Positions 1 through 10,896 are shown, counted from the first letter of the whole stretch. The stretch is 63,977 nt of DNA, filler included, from Reticulomyxa filosa (GCA_000512085.1; 19 parts of 19 records of this genome joined end to end with filler, not necessarily neighbours in it); one strand, 5' to 3'. A program made the numbers and translations. The notes: generated by a model not told the origin, from the letters alone.

Positions 1-553
1 AATGTACTGGCAAATTTTCCAATACTCTTTAATTCAATATTTGTTATCGCGAATTAGTAAGAAACTACTTTGACAACACTTGTACTTAAAGAATTTAGAA
101 AAAAATTATTATTCTTGCTTTGAAGCAATACACTTGAAAATAATCAGGTACCACACAAATAATTAGAAAGTTACATTCGCAAAATTGTGGTTCATTTTGA
201 AAGCTTAAATGCTCTACAAACGACAATGTAGAAAACAAGAGAATTTGAAAGGAAGCTTCAACATAAATTTATCAACTATGATTGTTGATTGTATATTTTA
301 AACACTTTATCAGTATTTTGCTTTATCTAACGTCAATCACGGAATTAAAAAGTGAAAAATGTGATTTAGAAATATTATAAACATCTTTTATCAAAATCAT
401 CTTATCAATTAAACAAAAGTAAAAAAATGGTTGATGAAAACATACATTTTGATGAAAAAAAGTTCGTGTATATAGCCACTATATTTTTTGTATGCAAATT
501 GTACAAAAAAGAGGAACAGTAAGTGAGAAAAGTTGACTAGCTCCTCCGTGGCA

Positions 554-1524
554 TCACATAAACTGTAATACCTTGCCAGCAAAATCCATGATATCAACTA
601 AATCAGGTCCTTGCATTTTGACAGCATCAGCGATTAAGTCTTGATCGCTGATTGCCCTTTCCTTTAAGCAACTGGTACAACAAATGATCTGGCCATGTTT
701 GGACAGCAAGTTTTCGATCAATTCCTGCCAAGGTTTAAAAGTGCTGGACAATTTGAATTGGTTTTTCTCACGATATGATTTGGAAGCAAGCCACACACCA
801 TTGGCCATTAACACCAGGGTTGCGGTTTTGCCTTTTGCCGCGCCAGCGTTTACCAAATTTAAGGCCAGGCCCACTTTTTCGGGATTGTCTTCTCCATATG
901 ATAAAATCACAACCTTTCAAAATGCATTTTTTTGAAATTTTTTTTTGTCACTTTATATTGCTCCGTTAAAAAAAAATTTGGACAATGTACCCAGTCATCA
1001 TCTTTTGCAAATGGTTCCTCAAATGCTGCATAGCCTTTTTTGAGCGTGTAACAATCGTAATCTGTATTACTATTGTACCAACTTGTTGCCAAATCTGCTC
1101 GTGATCCACTGGAGCATATGAAACATACTTTCTTCTTATTTTCAAACACTTTCTTTGCCTCTTCGGATTTTCGCCAACCTTAAGGGAAAAAAAAGAAAAT
1201 TTTTATATTTTCTATAATTCTTTTTTCCACACGTATACAATAAAAAAAACTTGTGCTAAGAAGCAGCCCCATCGGCACGTTGACTACGTCACCAACTAAT
1301 TTTTTGTTATTGTCGCCGAACTCTTTTTCTTCGCGTAAGTCTATGCATACAAAATCTTCACGAAATCGTTGTAATTGGCGACGGGTTATCTAAAAATAAA
1401 TGAATATTTCACATTGTTAGAGTCTGCACACGCTCAAAGGTCAACTTACGTATTTAGTTGGAGCGAGTACTGATCCTGCACCCTTTGAATTAAACGCAGC
1501 AACTTCCTTACTTCCGTCGCACAT
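554..1524 (-). CDS. Rhodanese + DsrE/F-like (sulfurtransferase) fusion protein, 4 exons, about 250 aa
   Basis: Manual splice, all GT-AG and in frame. Exon 1 (1524-1450) MCDGSKEVAAFNSKGAGSVLAPTKY. Exon 2 (from 1389) ITRRQLQRFREDFVCIDLREEKEF...VVNVPMG, the rhodanese IDxRxxxE N-terminus. Exon 3 (about 1178-991) KVCFICSSGSRA...TLKKGYAAF, the rhodanese CxxGxR active loop plus the L-x-x-G-x-x-x-aromatic motif. Exon 4 (to 554) VVILSYGEDNPEKVGLALNLVNAG...LVLMANGVWLA...IICCTSCLKERAI, a DsrE/F-like fold with its conserved Cys. Confidence 0.85.
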
Positions 1525-1817
1525 GTTTTAGAAACTCTTTTGGCAGATAAAAGAACAATTAGATTCCAGAGCAAAGGGTTTTGAAAAGAAAAAGTTTTGT
1601 TTTGTAGTTTCAACACATTGCTGGAACATATTCTCATTTCATCATTGCTGAAATACCACTAAAAGGACAAAAAATAGTCTCTGTTCTTGAAAGGTTTTAC
1701 ACCAAAACTGTTTTTGCAGCGTGTACTGATGACCTCAACAATTTCTTGACAGACCCTTGCAAAAAAAAATAAATAATAATCACATTTACTCTTCCACAGG
1801 AGTATAAAGTCTGTGAC

Positions 1818-3034
1818 ATGACCACAAATCCAATTAAGGATCAGCCTGAATTTCGTCGTGTAAAATGTCAAAGTCGAGTGCAGTTGGATGCGTATTTCTT
1901 GCGTGACGTTAGTGCAGGAATTGAGGCATTTTTAAACGCAAACTGATGAGGTGATAAAAGCAAGAGCAAAAAAAAAAAAGGGGTGGAGGGGGAAAGGGGA
2001 TGGGACGAGGGGTAGAAATATTGTGTGAACAAGAGTTTGGCGAGAAGACAAAAAAAGCGAAAAGGGTAGAAAAAAAAAAACATAGATACAACATAGAGTT
2101 GTGCGGAATAATAATGTGTTACGAAAATGTGAAGACATTACATAAAACGGCAGACATAATCGACGAAGAGCCACACTTATATGTGGACATCGAATGCGAT
2201 TGGGTGATATTGATATTGGAATGCAATCGGTTGTATTCCGGGACGGTTTGCAGAGTGTCGAAAGACATACTAACGTGTCTGTTGTGCAACACGTTTAATG
2301 TGAGCATTCCACTGAGCGCGGAGTATATGAAACAGAACAAACTCGTGTTGGAAGATAGATCCGTCATTCCCTTTTTTTTGACGTCGGTGTCGTACCAAGA
2401 TCGAATTTTAATCTTGAAAGGGTCTCTCCAAAACATCGATCCGAACACTATCTTTGTGAGTAAAGGTATCGCAAGTTTGAGTGAAGAACTCGTCCCCGAA
2501 GATAACACCACACAAAATCCAAATAATGACAATGACAATCACGACAGTGATGACAGTGACGAAGATACCGACAACGAGAAAGACAATGGTATTCCTACTA
2601 CGTCCATCACACTACTACCGACCAACAACACTTTGGATCCACAGGACATTGCAACGATCCAACGTGCGACGGATAATGACAATGTTGATACTGATGCTAA
2701 TAGCGATGCTAATGATGCCAATACCGATGCTAATGATGCTGATGCTAATACTAATACTAATATTAATGCTAATGCTAATGCTAATACTAATGCTAACACC
2801 GATGCTAATGATAGCGATGATAGTGATGATAGCGACGACGATAGTGACAGTGATGACAGTGATGAGGATAAAAAAGAATCAGAAGTCAAAGTCGGTAATA
2901 CTCCCTCCAACACACAACACAACGCACCAGAAAAAACAGGGAAAAGGAAAAATAGCTTTGAGGAACAAAATCAAACTGATGATATCGTCAAAGTCACCGT
3001 TGAACCACCCCCCAAAAAACGTCGAAAGAATTAA
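1818..3034 (+). CDS. RPA43: RNA polymerase I subunit RPA43 (Rpb7-like) with acidic low-complexity tail; one frameshift near 1931-1937
   Basis: Exon 1 MTTNPIKDQPEFRRVKCQSRVQLDAYFLRDVSAGIEAFL[fs]KRKLMR splices (GT near 1951, AG near 2085) to YNIELCGIIMCYENVK..ADIIDEEPHLYVDIECDWVIL..GTV..TCLLCNTFNVSIP, which matches the A43 pattern. D/N-rich tail ends in NLS-like PPPKKRRK. Confidence 0.75.
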
Positions 3035-3334
3035 TCTTTTTTCCTATTCCACTCTCCCCCTTTTGTGACTAACTTTGTTGTTAATGCTAGTTTGACTTAA
3101 TTTGTACCTTTTTGTTGTTTTATTTTTCTTTTTAAGTGACACTTCTCTCATTGTTTTATGACAGTGTTCTTTGCTTCATACATCATTCCACAATCTTAAA
3201 CTTTTCTTCCAAAGAACTCTGCAATAGGCTTTGTTGTTAAATTATCCTTGAATTTTAGTTTTTTTTTTTAAGAAAACCCCAGCAAAATGAGAGCTTCAGA
3301 AAACTCTCCATTTTTATATTTTTATGCCGTACCA

Positions 3335-4006
3335 ATGCGTAAGTTTTCAGTTGTTGTTGCAGCTTGTCTCCCCCAATTGGGGGATTGCGATGAGAGGTAG
3401 GTTACCATGGAGGTTATCAGAAGATATACAGTACTTTAAGAAACTGACGAGAGATTGTTCGAACAAAGAACAAAAGCAAAACGCTGTTATTATGGGACGA
3501 AAAACCTGGGAATCAATCCCGCTTAAATTTAGGCCGTTGGATGAACGTTTGAATATTGTTCTGACGCGTTCTAGATCGCAAAGCACTCTTTCGTTGAAGT
3601 TGTAATTGTGTGATATACATATATTTTCATAATTAAGAAACAAATGAAGATAAAAAAAATAAATAAATAAGTGCTGAAAAAGTATTGGTTTTCAAGTCGT
3701 TAAATGAAGCACTGGATAAAATATATTGTTCTCCTTACCAAGAGAGAATAGAAAATATTTTTGTAATTGGTGGTAGTGAACTTTATGATGAGTGCTTCAT
3801 TCACGACCAGCTACAGTTTGTTTACTTAACAAAAATTTTCAAAGACTTTGAGTGTGACGCATATTAAACTACTTCAAGGCAAATAAAAACTGGACCGAAC
3901 AATGGGATGAATTGAAATTATCACCCATTCTCAAAGCCGAAGAAAAATTTGATGGCATTAGTGAGCTATATTACAATTCGTTCGATTGCAAAGAATTCGG
4001 CATTGA
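3335..4006 (+). CDS. DHFR: Dihydrofolate reductase, monofunctional; 2 exons, 2-3 single-base frameshifts (sequencing error or pseudogene)
   Basis: MRKFSVVVAAC..GIAMRGRLPWRLSEDIQYFKKLT, NAVIMGRKTWESIPLKFRPLDERLNIVLTR, IFVIGGSELY, VYLTKIFKDFECDAY. Frame breaks near 3370-3383, 3865 and probably 3974. Confidence 0.9.
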
Positions 4007-4661
4007 TTCTAATCATTTCTTACCTACAAGTACTTTTTTCTGTTCAATAAAATGAAATTTGAATTACTTTTGCGAACATTATTCTCTAAAAGTCATTTAA
4101 AATACAGATTGCAAAAAAAAAATAAAAGCTTGACAACATTAGCTATTGTTGTCAATTTCCTCACGTTTTCTTATTGAAAGTTCAACACAAAAATGCACTC
4201 TTTTGAGCAAAGCTTCTGCGAAAACAAAAATGAATTAAAAAACCAATCAAAAGATAAGAGGGAAAACAAATGAACAGTTTTAAGTAAAAATGCTCCAATG
4301 TTTCATTACTTTGCGAAAAATATTTAATATCAAAATTCGTACCAATAACAAAAAAATTTTATGTAATACTACTATCCAGATTGCAAATACAAATTTAAAC
4401 GTTTAAAAGAGACGTGTAAGATCAACTTTCGTACTAAAAAAACGACACGCCTGAGAAAGAAAAAAAAAATCCTTATAAACAAACATGGCACAAAAAGAAC
4501 AAAAGGAAAACGAAAATGATAAGCATGCCAATACATTGGTTGAACAATTGAGGAGTGATTTGCTAAAAATTCGAGGCAAAGGAGGTGCGGTATCTTGCTG
4601 TTTTTTTTTTCCGCAGTAACGGCATGTACTAAAGAAAAACAAAAATTTTTTGAATGTTCAA

Positions 4662-5273
4662 ATGGCGAATGCAGACGAGCGCAAGCGAGTGATTTTGTTA
4701 GGAGTTGACGCATCAGAATACAGTGTAAAAGCTGTAGAGTGGGCAAGCAAAAATATATTTCAACAAAACGATGTTTTAGTTATAATGACAGTTTGGGAAG
4801 AGCTCATTGACTTGTCCGCAGTAACGAATACCAGCATTGATGCCATTGGTAATTTTTAATTGTTATTTACAAAACAAACAAAAAAACAAGAACCTCCGAG
4901 TTCTTTCTTGCCGATGACGAATGCCATGTTTTGTGTGGGTCCCTTTTTTTTAAAAAAAGGTATGATAATAGCAGAACCAGAAGAAATTCAAAAATACAAC
5001 GAAGAGCATTTAAACAACGCAAAGAAACTGTTGATTTCGCTGTACAACGCATATTTGGGTAAAATGAAAGTACTGCCTTTGCTTGTTTCTTCGGCCAATC
5101 AAGGGAAATCGTACATTGGCAAGTTAATATGTGGAGCAGCGAAAGCCTTGGAAGTCGATTTGATCATAATGGGGTCACGAGGCTTGGGGAAAGTCAAAGA
5201 GTTTTTTGTGGGAAGTGTTTCCAAAAATGTTGTTGAGAATGCTCACTGTCCTGTTTTGGTTGTCAAATCATAA
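4662..5273 (+). CDS. Universal stress protein (UspA family), 2 exons
   Basis: ILLGVDASEYSVKAVEWA at the N-terminus; DLIIMGSRGLGKVKEFFVGSVSKNVVENAHCPVLVVK carries the ATP-binding USP motif. Confidence 0.93.
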
Positions 5274-5679
5274 TTCGCAAAGAATATAATTGATAAAATT
5301 GGTAAATACACAACACGAGCCGGAAAAAGCGTCTTGTGAAGACCTCCTTTTTTTTTTTGGCTCGTTGATTTTTATTCAGAAATTTCATTGCTCAACACCC
5401 AATAAACTTGAATGCTAATCAAACAACATACTATTTTCCCCTTGGTGTACAACAACAAGATCGGAAAAATTACTGACAATAAACTATTAACTTTGGAGAT
5501 AACAGATTTTTATATGAAAAGTCAAATTTTTGAAAGTATTCAAGCGTACATTTTTAGTGAACATTGAAAACTATCTAACAAATTTGACAACTAATGAACG
5601 TTTAAAAAGTAAAATTAAGCTGTGGTTTTGTGTATCCCTTTTTTTAAATGAATTTTTAGTATTTTAGTGGAGAATACAA

Positions 5680-6464
5680 ATGACCACTGATATACCCACG
5701 AGCCAAATCGAGGTAAAGATGCCACAAAATCGGACTTCTGCTGCCAGGGCTTCAGCAGTGACGGCAGGTTCGGACTTGCCAGACTTGTTTCCGCCAGAAA
5801 TAACACTGAAAGATAGCACCAAAAGAGCAAGACGCGTATCTTTGCCTGCTCAGGCTGGAAAAATGTATCTAAATTGAAATTTTTGTTGTATGCAATTAGC
5901 ATTATTTGTCGTTTGTACGTGAATGAATGAATTTCGTATCATAAGACATGTCGGGGCGTGGGGATGCAAAAAAAAACAGAGACCTTGGAGCAAGTGAGGA
6001 ATTCAGTGAAATCAGTTCCGGAGACCGATTGAAAATAGCACGTCGCATCGAAGATACTTTAGTGCAAGAGTATCACGCACATGATAATGAAACAGCGTTA
6101 TAAAAAAAAGGGGGTTTGTTATAAAAAAAAAAATAAAAAAGGGAACAAGTAAAAGAAAAAATTGGTGCGATATTGAAGATAGGTTTGAGCTTGGTGATAT
6201 TCTTGATTATTTAAACAGTGGAATGGATGTCGTGGTTGAGGACGATTTTTCGCTGTGCTTTCAGCGAAAAGAGTTGAGACCATGGAATTGGAATTTTTAT
6301 TTGTTCATTTTTTGGTGCATTGGAGTAGTGATCCGCTACGGTATTTTGCTCCCAGTTCGAGCAGTGATCATGGTAACGGGGATTTTGTTCGAGTGTTTTC
6401 TGCTTTGGCTGTTTCAGTACATATTTAAAAACAAAAATGAAAAAATCAAAGAAGCATGGGAAGT
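5680..6464 (+). CDS. GPAT9: Glycerol-3-phosphate acyltransferase GPAT9/GPAT3-4-like, 5' part (cut by contig end)
   Basis: VVEDDFSLCFQ..RPWNWNFYLFIFWCIGVVIRYGILLPVR closely resembles the plant GPAT9 segment DDSFTRCF..PWNWNIYLFPL..GVVVRYCILFPLR. Confidence 0.85.
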
Positions 6465-6468
6465 TATG

Positions 6469-6508
<40 letters not shown>

Positions 6509-6608
6509 NNNNNNNNNNNNNNNNNNNNNNNNNNNNNNNNNNNNNNNNNNNNTTAATTAATTAANNNNNNNNNNNNNNNNNNNNNNNNNNNNNNNNNNNN
6601 NNNNNNNN
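6509..6608. other. Artificial contig spacer (first of 18)
   Basis: N44-TTAATTAATTAA-N44, with stops in all six frames. Others start at 9917, 18252, 22846, 25015, 26155, 30797, 31946, 36757, 39715, 42273, 43821, 45381, 47195, 49117, 55250, 57590 and 59002. Confidence 0.99.
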
Positions 6609-6649
<41 letters not shown>

Positions 6650-6651
<2 letters not shown>

Positions 6652-6847
6652 CGACAGTAAAAATATACACAAAACATGGGGTGATTCTCAGGCTTTGCGG
6701 GGCTGGAAGAACTATGTCTTCACCATCTCCACCATGCTCGCAACGATACCTCCATGGGCGCGTTGATAGTCGAGAAGCTGTCACTCCCACCATACCCGCT
6801 GTACAATATTGAATAAATCTGCACATATACACTGTGTTCCTGAACAT
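6650..6847 (-). CDS. First exon of a probably mitochondrion-targeted protein (possibly IscA2-like); truncated
   Basis: MFRNTVYMCRFIQYCTAGMVGVTASRLSTRPWRYR has presequence-like composition, followed by ..PQSLRITP. Too short for a firm call. Confidence 0.3.
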
Positions 6848-7041
6848 ACTCGCACTATTTACGCTGTGGCGAGCGTTTTTTTGAAAAAAGGAGAATTCTT
6901 TTTTTGTGCACAACTTCTTCAAAGGTAAAATGACCAGTTCTTTCATTCCTCAGCTATTGACTGCATAAAGAAAGACTCTTTTTTTTTGATTTGCTTCAAG
7001 GCCTGGACGGGAAGTAGAGAAAAAAAAATTTTAAAAAAATC

Positions 7042-7879
7042 ATGGCTGAAGAGAAAACAGTAAATATTCCTTCTTCAACACATGTTTCAGAATCAAGTAT
7101 TTTAAATGCCAGCATTGAGATAGTTTGGGCTTATATTGAGGACTGCTCATTTTCTTTTTCCGGCCTTGTAAAGAGCGTGTCAAAGGACGTCAGCGGTGAC
7201 CCATGTAATTGTTTTTGAATTGTTTGTGTTCAAATTTGCAACCAAAATTATCTTTGCTGTTGATGATATTTGCATGCAGGGCTACGCGTAATTAAATACA
7301 AAGATGGTAATTTTGATATTTCCTTTCTTAACTGGGTCCCAACAATGTGAATAATCATTGTTACATTTACAAATAAAACAAAACTGATTAAAAAAACAAA
7401 CAAAAAACCAACAAACGATTATCCAGGCACTCGTCAAACTATTCGAGTGGTTGAATTCTCTGAATTGAACCATTTTGTTTCGTATATGCTGCTTAGCAGT
7501 GAACCTAGGTTTGTGCTCTTTGCTCATCAAACGTATCACCTCTTTCGAAGCATGCAACCAAAAAAAAAAAGTAAGCACTTTTGTTTTCATTTGTTTAATG
7601 TATAGTGTTGAATATACGAGCGTTGTTCATACCATCAAATTACTTCCGGTTTCTATACCAGTTGGAGCTAAGTTAAGTAAACGTACAGAAATTTCAGGTT
7701 CTTGAAAAAAAAAAAATCAAATATTCTTGCATAGAAATCAAACTTTTATCGAATGGGAGTCAGAATTCACGAATGATGCTAAGATTGATGTAATCGAAGA
7801 TAGTCGCTTCAAAAAGAGAGAAGCCTTTGCTGAACTCGCCAAGGTGTTGGGTAATATAAAAGTTCAACATACCAAGTAG
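7042..7879 (+). CDS. Bet v1/SRPBCC (polyketide cyclase-like) protein, multi-exon; absent from the ORF track
   Basis: ESSILNASIEIVWAYIEDCSF..; QTIRVVEFSELNHFVSYMLLSSEP; VVHTIKLLPV; QTFIEWESEFTNDAKIDVIEDSRFKKREAFAELAKVL. Confidence 0.75.
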
Positions 7880-8325
7880 AGAAAGAATAAAAAAAGGAGG
7901 GAAAAACATTCTGTTATGATTAGGTTTGTTTGGACTCCCCCCAAATTGGAGTAAAAGAAAATAATGATTTTTGTTTTTATTTTTATTTTTTTTTGTTTGG
8001 CGAGGTGCAATTTTCTAAGGAGATCGATCGGATCTCTGAAAAATTTTGTATTGAAAAAGGAGGTAAAGGAAAAACTTGTCTTTTGAAGGATAATATCAAA
8101 CTTAAGGACCACACTTACCACATCCATTAACACAACGGAATAAAGTAAATCACTACATTAGACAAATCACAATAAACACTCCGGAAGTTTGGCAAATAAC
8201 ACGCAATGGACGAATGTGATTTTTTGTTTGGTTGAGTGAATCAAAAACAAATCAACCAAACAAAACAAAAACGAAAACAAGCAGACAGACCAAAAAAAAA
8301 AAAAGCAACAGTCCAATATTTTCAA

Positions 8326-9916
8326 TCACTTTGAGCCCCTCCATACCCCTAAGCAATACAAGAAATAAGTAATTGCAGGGACCACAAATAAAACAACGAT
8401 CATTGTAGGTCCCCACGGATCATAAAAATGTGAAGTGAAATTCTTAGCTGCTAACATTTTCAACCGAAGATAATACATCTGTGTCACGCCACACAAGAGG
8501 AAAAAAAAAAAAGTGTAAATAGTTGAAAATAAAAATAAAAAAAAGAGAGGCACACTCAACGTAGTAGGCTCGAAGCAACACTCCCAAAGAAAAGGAGGTG
8601 AGAAGTATTCCAGTGATGGGCTCATGTTGAAAGCTCAACAAGGCTAATCCAACGAACAAAGCCAAGAAGCACATTCTGACCCATTTCAACAACGTTCGCT
8701 CATTGGATAGATATTCTCTGGGCTCAATTTTTTCAGGTACGACGACCTTCTTCTTTGGGACAATGGTCTCTTCCTCGTTAACTTGTTCTTTTCCACGCAT
8801 TTCCATGCCAAACCAATCCTTGCTTTTGGACGCTAATTCGATTTCCAACATAGTTTTGACGGCTGCGATCCAAGAAGGAACGCGCTTGATTGTATGCAAA
8901 TTCATCACCGCTGCGCCAGTGCAAAATTTGGAAAACTTTTCCACTTCGATTATCAAGCCTGCCTGTTGCATTTCTAGCACCCACTCAGGCATCGTCAATT
9001 CTTTTACTCGTCTTCGGACTCAAATCTGGCATATCCAATAATTCATATTCATTCACAATATTATTTTTTTGTTTATTTATTTATTTTTTATCTTTATCCT
9101 TTAAATCTCGATGCACATGCATATATTACACTAAAAAAAAAAAAAAAAAAAAAAAATATATGTATATACACATATGTGAACAATCAGTCACGACTTTCTT
9201 TTTGTTTGTTCAAAATGCTAGTTTATTTGTTTGTTTGATTGAACTCAACGCTAATTTGACTTCGAGTACCGCCAATGGGAAAAGGAACACTTTGTGACTG
9301 GGCATTGGGAAAAATGGATCACAAGCCTCTTCCCATGAAAGATTTTTTACATCGGTCAATGTACTGCAATATTTTTACCATAACAAACAACAAAAAAAAA
9401 ACCTAATGAGGACCCAAAAAAAAAAAAAAAAAAGCGCAATTGGCAATTAATCAATCGAACAACAATAAAAATAAAACTCACTAAACATATCTTCGTCAAA
9501 GGATACTCGAACAGCTGCACCATTGCTCTCTTGAAAGACAGTTCGACGGTAAGTGGAGCGAATTGATTGTTTCAACTGGCTTGGCCATTTGCACATATCG
9601 CTTTTGTTTTTTAAAAATTGTGTCAAAAAAAAAAAAAAAAAAAGGGGGATGCGTTTGCGGCTTTGCGAAGTGGGTGAGAGGGTTGAGGAGGATTGCAAAT
9701 AAAATTAAACGCACTAAATAAATATAAGATATAATTGAGAGCTTGAATATATGTTTGTACGTTTACAATTGTCATTGCATTGTCCCAATGTATGCGTGTA
9801 TGTGTTGTGAGACAGGCACACATGTATACATATACATATACATGTATATGCATATATATATATATATAAATATGTGCATATACATATTGGTTTAAGTTTG
9901 AACTTAAAAATGCTCT
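8326..9916 (-). CDS. VTC4: Vacuolar transporter chaperone (VTC4-like polyphosphate polymerase) with C-terminal DUF202 TM domain; 5' truncated
   Basis: IRSTYRRTVFQ..AVRVSFDED; FPLAVLEVKL; MPEWVLEM..EVEKFSKFCTG; KIEPREYLSNERTLLKWVR followed by TM helices; HFYDPWGPT. Confidence 0.88.
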
Positions 9917-10317
9917 NNNNNNNNNNNNNNNNNNNNNNNNNNNNNNNNNNNNNNNNNNNNTTAATTAATTAANNNNNNNNNNNNNNNNNNNNNNNNNNNN
10001 NNNNNNNNNNNNNNNNCTTGAATTTTCTTGAATTTTCTTGACTTTTTTTTTGCAATAAAAGTCACTTTTTTGATATTTTAATTTTAAGCATTTTACACGT
10101 TAAATTTTTCAATTATGTCATTTTACACGCACTTCGTAACCGATATTAGAATGAACAGTAGTTATTAAGAATTTTAAGATAGTTGTAAGAAGTAAAAATT
10201 ATGAAAATAGTGTTTGTTCTTTGATACAACCTTCGGCAAGATCCCCAATGCAAAAATATTATTGATTCTGAAAATTTTGCACTGATTTTTTAAATTTAAC
10301 CCCAAATTTTTTTTTTA

Positions 10318-10896
10318 CTAGTCGTATCGGTGCTGATTTTTTTGTTTTCTATACTTTTCAAGTCGTTTTTTATTCTTTATCTGTTCTTTATATTCTGTGG
10401 GTACATCTGTTGTAATTCGTTTCCTTTCACCAAAACAACACTTATCAATCATTTCCTGGAATTTTGCAATAACTTCAAGACGATTTTCATGTTGTGTTCG
10501 ATGAGTGTCTGACAAAATTACAAATTCATTATTTTTATTTATTCGATTTTTGTAATGAAGTAACAACCTGCTTTGGATTGTCGCAGGTAGCCAATTTTTG
10601 GTCTGATCGCTGTCCAATTCACAACGAAGCTCTACTTTTGTGTGTACTTTATTGACATTTTGTCCTCCGGGTCCTCCACTGGTTCCATAGGAAAATTTCA
10701 AATGATCAATAGGCACAACTATCTCAAATTCCTTTTGTACCTCTTCACGTGGATGCTCTTTTCGCCATTTTTCAATTATTTGCTCTTTGCTTAACTTTGT
10801 TTTGTTAGTGCTAAAGTAAAGTTTGTTGTTAAGCATTACTACATAATCAAATCGTTTGTGTAATCTACACAGCTTTCCGAGCTGAACAATGGACAT
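10318..10896 (-). CDS. ICT1: ICT1/ArfB-type mitochondrial peptidyl-tRNA hydrolase (codon-independent release factor)
   Basis: SGGPGGQNVNKVHTKVELR (GGQ motif), NRINKNNEFVILSDTHRTQHENR, basic C-terminal tail, presequence-like N-terminus; intronless. Confidence 0.92.
   Translation of the reverse strand: MSIVQLGKLCRLHKRFDYVVMLNNKLYFSTNKTKLSKEQIIEKWRKEHPREEVQKEFEIVVPIDHLKFSYGTSGGPGGQNVNKVHTKVELRCELDSDQTKNWLPATIQSRLLLHYKNRINKNNEFVILSDTHRTQHENRLEVIAKFQEMIDKCCFGERKRITTDVPTEYKEQIKNKKRLEKYRKQKNQHRYD

Noticed and set aside
1505-1560. MCDGSK as a CDGSH iron-sulfur motif on the rhodanese-DsrE protein
   Set aside because: There is an in-frame TAA just upstream, and the CxC, Pro and His ligand of the motif are missing.
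2481-3068. Alternative-frame and antisense ORFs rich in M/L/I or poly-L/I/Y (also 41448-41782)
   Set aside because: Shadows of low-complexity codon repeats in the real gene.
3860-3870. In-frame TAA in DHFR as stop-codon reassignment
   Set aside because: The protein continues in another frame, so this is an indel. TAA, TAG and TGA all end intact genes elsewhere in the window.
554-5273. DsrE, rhodanese, DHFR and USP as a bacterial operon or contaminant
   Set aside because: The genes have spliceosomal introns, lie on both strands and are interleaved with the eukaryote-specific RPA43.
6509-6608. Recurrent TTAATTAATTAA flanked by N-runs as a biological repeat or CRISPR-like array
   Set aside because: Identical 100-bp artificial linker with six-frame stops used to concatenate contigs.
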